DNA of 64,000 nucleotides from Sedimentisphaerales bacterium. Lineage in GTDB: Bacteria > Planctomycetota > Phycisphaerae > Sedimentisphaerales > SM23-30. This document shows positions 59,203 through 64,000 of this stretch, piece after piece (position 1 is the stretch's first letter; the number at the start of each line of letters is the position of its first letter). Location: contig CAXXMR010000014.1 of NCBI GenBank assembly GCA_963663805.2, forward strand, positions 64,001 through 128,000, written 5' to 3'. The position numbers and the translations under genes are program-made. The notes under the pieces were generated by a model. It did not search any database. It was not told the origin of the DNA and was given only the letters and a program-made list of their open reading frames with translations.

Positions 59203-60509
59203 GCCGTACCCCCTCTCGGCAACGCCAGTCCAACCGCCGTCGCCCAACGACCGCTCTGTTGCTGACCCGCCGGCAGATTCTCCACAATCTCATCCAAAAG
59301 CGGATGGCTCACATGTTCTATCGGAATTTCACCATTCTCCGCCAACAGAATATCCAGTTCCCGCGTATGACCGCCTGTCCCGCAAAGCAAAATCTTATGA
59401 AGCCGACAGCGGCGATACTCATTTATTATATAGTTCAACGAACGGGTAAGCTGCTCGATAAAATCTGCTACATCACCCCGTACCGCCGCGTGAATCTGAC
59501 GGGCAATTTCACCATCCCGCTGCATCGTGGCGGTACCGACACCGTTACCATTCAACGACCAGCCGTTGGCCGCCTGACTACCCGCCGAAACACCGCTCAA
59601 ACCATAAAGATTCTTTAACCGCTCCGCCTGAGAAGCTTCCAAACCCAGGGCACCTGCCACTTTTTGGGTCATAACCCGTCCCCCAAAAGAAAACGTCCGG
59701 CAAAACACCGCCCCCTCATCGCCGGCAACCGTAAGAGTGCTGCGACGATGACCAACATCAAGAATCGCCATCAGACGATTCGCGGTATCGCCAACGGCAT
59801 TACCTTCGTCAGTCATTTCCGCCCGCCCATAAACCGGCGAACTCTGCACCAGCCGAGACATCACACAAGGAAAAGCGTCGATACCAACACACTGCAAACC
59901 GGCTTCACCTATCAATTTAATCCGACGTTTAATCCACTGGCCGTCAGCCGTAACCGCCATCAAACGCAAAAGCCGACGCTCACCGTCATAAATACGCTGC
60001 GAAAAATCAAACACCGCTTCCTCAACCGAAAAACCCAAATGACCGCCCAGTTGTATCTTTAACGCACCCAGAATCGCTTCCTCCGGCAAACCTTCAGGAC
60101 CAGACGGCAGCTCTATTGGACGCATGTCCAGCCGGTCCGCCGGACAATGCAGCACAACCTCGCGACCCTTAAAAGCCGCGTGACGAGCCAGCCGCTCCAA
60201 CTGACCTTTCAGAACCTTCTCCCGACGCATCTGCTCTATTGCACTCTTGTCAATCCGCGGTTTGACTTCCGGCACAGTCGCGACAACACCTTCAGCCCTG
60301 CCCAGAATATCACTGCCGTCATTATCCACCGGCTCGGCTTCTGCCTCTTCAATCTCAACTTTCGCGTCAGACCACCGCGGCATCACTTCCAACCCCGCCC
60401 GAACATGCAGATCATCACCCCGCCCGAAAAGCTGTACCGCCCGCAAGGCCGTACCGCCCAGGTCAAGACCTATCGCGTAACTCTTGTGATGTCCCAGGTT
60501 CATCTTCAT
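59199..60509 (-). CDS. pilM: PilM-like actin-fold pilus assembly protein
   Basis: AIGLDLG..LRAVQL, AILDVG..STL, FGG..MT..AERLK, ILLCGTGG, AVGLAL. Confidence 0.8.
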   Translation of the reverse strand: MKMNLGHHKSYAIGLDLGGTALRAVQLFGRGDDLHVRAGLEVMPRWSDAKVEIEEAEAEPVDNDGSDILGRAEGVVATVPEVKPRIDKSAIEQMRREKVLKGQLERLARHAAFKGREVVLHCPADRLDMRPIELPSGPEGLPEEAILGALKIQLGGHLGFSVEEAVFDFSQRIYDGERRLLRLMAVTADGQWIKRRIKLIGEAGLQCVGIDAFPCVMSRLVQSSPVYGRAEMTDEGNAVGDTANRLMAILDVGHRRSTLTVAGDEGAVFCRTFSFGGRVMTQKVAGALGLEASQAERLKNLYGLSGVSAGSQAANGWSLNGNGVGTATMQRDGEIARQIHAAVRGDVADFIEQLTRSLNYIINEYRRCRLHKILLCGTGGHTRELDILLAENGEIPIEHVSHPLLDEIVENLPAGQQQSGRWATAVGLALPRGGTA

Positions 60510-60510
60510 A

Positions 60511-61764
60511 CTAACCGCCCGCAATCTTGGACAAATCAAACATCGGCAATACCAGCGACATCGCCACGGTCCCAATAACTATGCCCATAAAAATTAAAAT
60601 CAGCGGTTCCAGCACACTCGTCAAAGTCGAAACCTGCGTGTCATTGCGGTCGTCCAGGTAATCCGCCAGCATCGTCATGATTTCGCCTATCTTGCCGTTA
60701 TCCTCACCCGTATGCACCATCGCCGCCGTACTCGACGGAACCAGCGGACTACGACGCATAACGTCATGCATCGATAAACCCTGCAAGATATTCTCATGCA
60801 TCTCTTCGACCAGCTCAACGTAAAGATAATTCTTCACCGAATGAGCCGTAAGCTCCAATGCCTCGACGAGGGTAATATTCGCGCTGACCAGCAAACCTAT
60901 CAGCCGAAATATCCGCGCGTTGATAATCGACGACACTAAAGGACCGACTATCGGCATCCGAATCGAAAACCTCGCGACAAACCGACGACCTGCCTCACTC
61001 TTGAACCAGAAAACAATCGCCGTAATAATCCCCGCTAAACCTATCAGAGTTATCAATAAGTTGCCACGCACAAAATGCGATAACGCCAGAAAAGCCTTGG
61101 TGCTGGCCGGTAAATCTACGTTCATCTCCTCAAAAACCCCCTCAAATCGCGGCAGTACAAAAAATATCAGCACGCACAATACCGAAATCGCGATAACCGT
61201 CAACAACGCCGGATAAATCATCGCCGACACAACCTTGCTGCGTATCCGGTCCGACTGATTCGACAAATCCGCTAGCCGCTTAAATATCATACTCAGATTA
61301 CCCGAAGTCTCGCCCGCCGAAATCATACTTACATACAAGGGGTCAAATACCTCCGGAAAAGCACCCACCCCAGAAGCCATACTACCCCCCTCCTCAACAT
61401 GTTGACTTATCCGACTTATCAACTCCCGCCAGTGCGGACATGCCACCTGGCTCTTGATAGCCGTCATCGAATTAGCAACCGTCGTACCGGTCTCCAGCAT
61501 AATCGACAACTGGGCCGTAAATATCGGCAAATGCTTTTTCGATGCCCGATGAGGGTTCGCCACCGGGGTCCGGTCCAAAAATTTCAAAAATGAAATCTTG
61601 CCCAAACCACCACCGGACTGTCCCTCATTACCCTCAGCTTCGATATGTACCGGAGTCAGACCCCGCCGCGCCAGCTCCGCACTCGCCTGAGCAATGTCCT
61701 CCAGAGTCAGAGTGTCCGCTACCATCACCCCCGCCTTATTGATTGCCCGAAACTTAACCTGCAT
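60511..61764 (-). CDS. pilC: PilC/GspF platform protein
   Basis: FTAQLSIMLETG, MISAGETSGNL, SAMIYP, GEDNG, LEPLIL..SLVLPMF. Confidence 0.88.
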   Translation of the reverse strand: MQVKFRAINKAGVMVADTLTLEDIAQASAELARRGLTPVHIEAEGNEGQSGGGLGKISFLKFLDRTPVANPHRASKKHLPIFTAQLSIMLETGTTVANSMTAIKSQVACPHWRELISRISQHVEEGGSMASGVGAFPEVFDPLYVSMISAGETSGNLSMIFKRLADLSNQSDRIRSKVVSAMIYPALLTVIAISVLCVLIFFVLPRFEGVFEEMNVDLPASTKAFLALSHFVRGNLLITLIGLAGIITAIVFWFKSEAGRRFVARFSIRMPIVGPLVSSIINARIFRLIGLLVSANITLVEALELTAHSVKNYLYVELVEEMHENILQGLSMHDVMRRSPLVPSSTAAMVHTGEDNGKIGEIMTMLADYLDDRNDTQVSTLTSVLEPLILIFMGIVIGTVAMSLVLPMFDLSKIAGG

Positions 61765-61767
61765 ATC

Positions 61768-63555
61768 TTATTTCACCGCCTCCCCTTCAACTCCAACCGC
61801 AGTCGCCAACTCCGGCACCGCCGCGGCGCTGACCGTGTCTTCTACCTCCTCAACATAACAAACCCGCAGCATTTCTTCGATGGTCGTGATGCCCTGCTCA
61901 ACATAAGCCATAGCCCCCGTCTTCAAATCCACCCAGCGACCTTCACGCGCCAGAACCTGTTTAATCTGCATCGCACTGGGACGAGACAAAATCAACTGAC
62001 GTATCTCCTGAGTCATCTCCAAAGTCTCACACACCGCACGGCGTCCCTTATATCCGCTGTCATGACACAACGGACAACCCTCGCCGCGATGAAAAGCCCG
62101 GTTCCTGGGACCGGACCAGCCTATGTCACGCAAAATCGTGTCTTCCGGAAAATAAGTCGTCTTGCACTTCGGACATATCGTCCGCAATAGCCGCTGAGCC
62201 ACAACCCCCACCAGACTGGATGCCAGCAAATATGGTTCGATACCCATATTCAAAAGACGTGTCACCGCACCGGGAGAATCATTCGTATGCAATGTACTCA
62301 ATACAATATGACCGGTCAACGCCGCCTGAACCGCGACCTTGGCGGTCTCGTCATCGCGAATCTCACCAACCATTACGATATCCGGATCTTGACGCAAAAC
62401 ACTACGCAGCGTACGGGCAAAAGTCAGCCCCACCGCTTCATGCACCTGAGTCTGATTGACCAGCTCCAACTGATACTCAACCGGATCCTCAATCGTAATA
62501 ATATTACGTTCCTTCGAACGCAGTAAATCCAAAGCCGAATACAACGTCGTAGTCTTACCAGAACCGGTAGGCCCCGTCACCAGAAACAAGCCGTAAGGCT
62601 TAGCCAGCATCCGCCGCAAGGCCTGAACCATCTCCGGCGCATAGCCCAGCTTATCAAGATTAAGCTGTAAATTACTCTTATCCAGAACACGCATGACGAT
62701 CTTCTCGCCCAATATCGTCGGCATCGACGAAATACGCAAATCAATCTCCCGCCCCTCCACCATTATATGTATCCGGCCTTCCTGAGGGATACGCTTCTCA
62801 GCAATGTCCATCTTGCCCACAACCTTGATACGAGAAATAATCGCCGCATGCCATTCTTTCGGAGGAGTCATCAAATCATGCAAAATCCCGTCTATACGAT
62901 AACGGATCCGAACATTATATTTGTCCGGCTCGATATGAATATCTGAAGCACCTTCCTTCACCGACTGCATTATCGTCATATTCACCAGATTAACCACCGG
63001 ACTGCCGTCGGTTATCTCCGTCAGGTCAATTATCCCGCCTTCGTCAATGGCTTCCTTATCAATAACCTCAACATGGGCATCTTCCAGAGAAGCCATAAAC
63101 GTATCGATCTTTACATTCTGAGCGTAATACTTCTTGATACAGTCTTTGATATTATCTTCCAACGCGATTACCGGCTGAACCCGCAGACCTGTCGTACGCT
63201 CCAAATCATCCACCACCAGCAAGGCTTGCGGCTCCGACATCGCAATCGTCAAAGTGTTCTCAACCTTGAACATCGGAATAATCACATGACGCTCAGCAAC
63301 TTCCTTGTCGATGGTGTCAACCACCAGCGGATCAATCAGACCCGCGCGAAGCTGAACCGCCGGCAAACCCAGACGACGCGAAAGAGTATCCAGAACCACC
63401 GACTCTTCCACAATCTTCTGGTCAACCAGAAGCTCACCCAGCTTTTTACGCGTAGACTTCTGACGCTTCAGAACCTTGTTCAGCTCTTCTTCGCTCAGAT
63501 GACCATCCTGGACCAGCATCTGACCCAGCTTGATTGCCTGCGCCAGTAATTTCAT
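61768..63555 (-). CDS. pilB: PilB/GspE assembly ATPase with N-terminal MshEN-like domain
   Basis: KLGQMLV..G.LS..L..L..Q..KLGELLV; ASDIHIEP, GPTGSGKTTT, TIEDPVEY, LRQDPD, CPKC/CPLC. Confidence 0.92.
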   Translation of the reverse strand: MKLLAQAIKLGQMLVQDGHLSEEELNKVLKRQKSTRKKLGELLVDQKIVEESVVLDTLSRRLGLPAVQLRAGLIDPLVVDTIDKEVAERHVIIPMFKVENTLTIAMSEPQALLVVDDLERTTGLRVQPVIALEDNIKDCIKKYYAQNVKIDTFMASLEDAHVEVIDKEAIDEGGIIDLTEITDGSPVVNLVNMTIMQSVKEGASDIHIEPDKYNVRIRYRIDGILHDLMTPPKEWHAAIISRIKVVGKMDIAEKRIPQEGRIHIMVEGREIDLRISSMPTILGEKIVMRVLDKSNLQLNLDKLGYAPEMVQALRRMLAKPYGLFLVTGPTGSGKTTTLYSALDLLRSKERNIITIEDPVEYQLELVNQTQVHEAVGLTFARTLRSVLRQDPDIVMVGEIRDDETAKVAVQAALTGHIVLSTLHTNDSPGAVTRLLNMGIEPYLLASSLVGVVAQRLLRTICPKCKTTYFPEDTILRDIGWSGPRNRAFHRGEGCPLCHDSGYKGRRAVCETLEMTQEIRQLILSRPSAMQIKQVLAREGRWVDLKTGAMAYVEQGITTIEEMLRVCYVEEVEDTVSAAAVPELATAVGVEGEAVK

Positions 63556-63887
63556 AGAAAACTCCGAACCGCACTGGAAGTATCAGGATACATCTGAAAA
63601 CGCTTGCTTATCCGCGTTAAATCCAGAATCTTCCGGCTCATATCAGTTACACCCGCCAGCTTCAACTCTAATCCGTGCTCCGTGAACCAACGCTGATGCC
63701 GACACAATGTCTCCAAACCCGAACTGTCAAAAAACGGGGTCTCACTCAAATCCAAAACTATCCGACGAGTCCAGTTACGCTGCTGACGAGTCAGAATATT
63801 ATCCAGACCGTCAACCTCCGCCGCCACCGCCGCACCTATCGGCTGCAAGACCGTCACCGAACCTTCACGAGAGACATTAACCTGCAT
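63552..63887 (-). CDS. STAS-domain protein
   Basis: IVLDLSETPFFDSSGLE, LKLAGV..KILDLTR; ATGA overlap with pilB. Confidence 0.85.
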   Translation of the reverse strand: MQVNVSREGSVTVLQPIGAAVAAEVDGLDNILTRQQRNWTRRIVLDLSETPFFDSSGLETLCRHQRWFTEHGLELKLAGVTDMSRKILDLTRISKRFQMYPDTSSAVRSFL

Positions 63888-63890
63888 CGC

Positions 63891-64000
63891 CTAAACCTCC
63901 ACCGGCTCAGCCTGCAAACGAACCTTATGACTGCTGCATTTGCCTTCGACTTCACGACTGAACAAACGATCATAAAGACGGTCCAGTTGCTGCTGTACTT
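63891..64000 (-). CDS. 3' end of a gene running off the window
   Basis: Open frame ..VQQQLDRLYDRLFSREVEGKCSSHKVRLQAEPVEV* ending 3 nt before the STAS start. Confidence 0.5.
   Translation of the reverse strand, partial: VQQQLDRLYDRLFSREVEGKCSSHKVRLQAEPVEV

Overview
Chromosomal window from a bacterium that looks like an anaerobic Planctomycetota member, most like Phycisphaerae/Sedimentisphaerales. This is inferred from PEP-CTERM proteins, a DUF1559-type prepilin with H-X9-DG, dockerin-like secreted proteins and Tat-exported sulfatase/GH29. In order, the window holds: an aryl-acid uptake/activation cluster (small accessory peptide, sodium:solute symporter, alginate-export-type porin, iorAB, two paaK, ACT, paaI); a 1278-aa modular surface protein; a stand-alone homocysteine methyltransferase; and a MacAB-TolC-like exporter. 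Next is an accessory stretch (~21.3-32.3 kb) ending at tRNA-Arg(ACG), with a promoter-driven structured leader, a 20-aa peptide ORF, a membrane gene split by an IS256/Mutator-like IS, an IS4, a beta-helix protein and an AAA_14/DUF4143 ATPase. After it come a cobalamin-riboswitch operon (DUF4465-PEP-CTERM, dockerin protein, prepilin-type protein, ABC ATPase), pdxB, a sulfatase, a GH29, a SOUL gene with an internal amber codon, an RsbW/STAS/MlaE operon, VanZ, ParA, an 85-aa (KKKVA)n H1-like protein, an S41 protease, gpmI, LysE, two small acidic/Arg-motif proteins, a bacterial histone with a Lys-rich N-terminal tail, an M42 peptidase and a type IV pilus/T2SS-like operon. Best leads: (1) the tailed histone, H1-like protein and acidic neighbour as a possible chromatin system; (2) a B12-regulated surface-capture operon containing a pilin but no TonB receptor; (3) the structured RNA leader at 21.6-21.96 kb. 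GC skew appears to reverse around 5-8 kb. Several single-base frameshifts may be assembly errors. All family calls come from motif recognition, not database searches.
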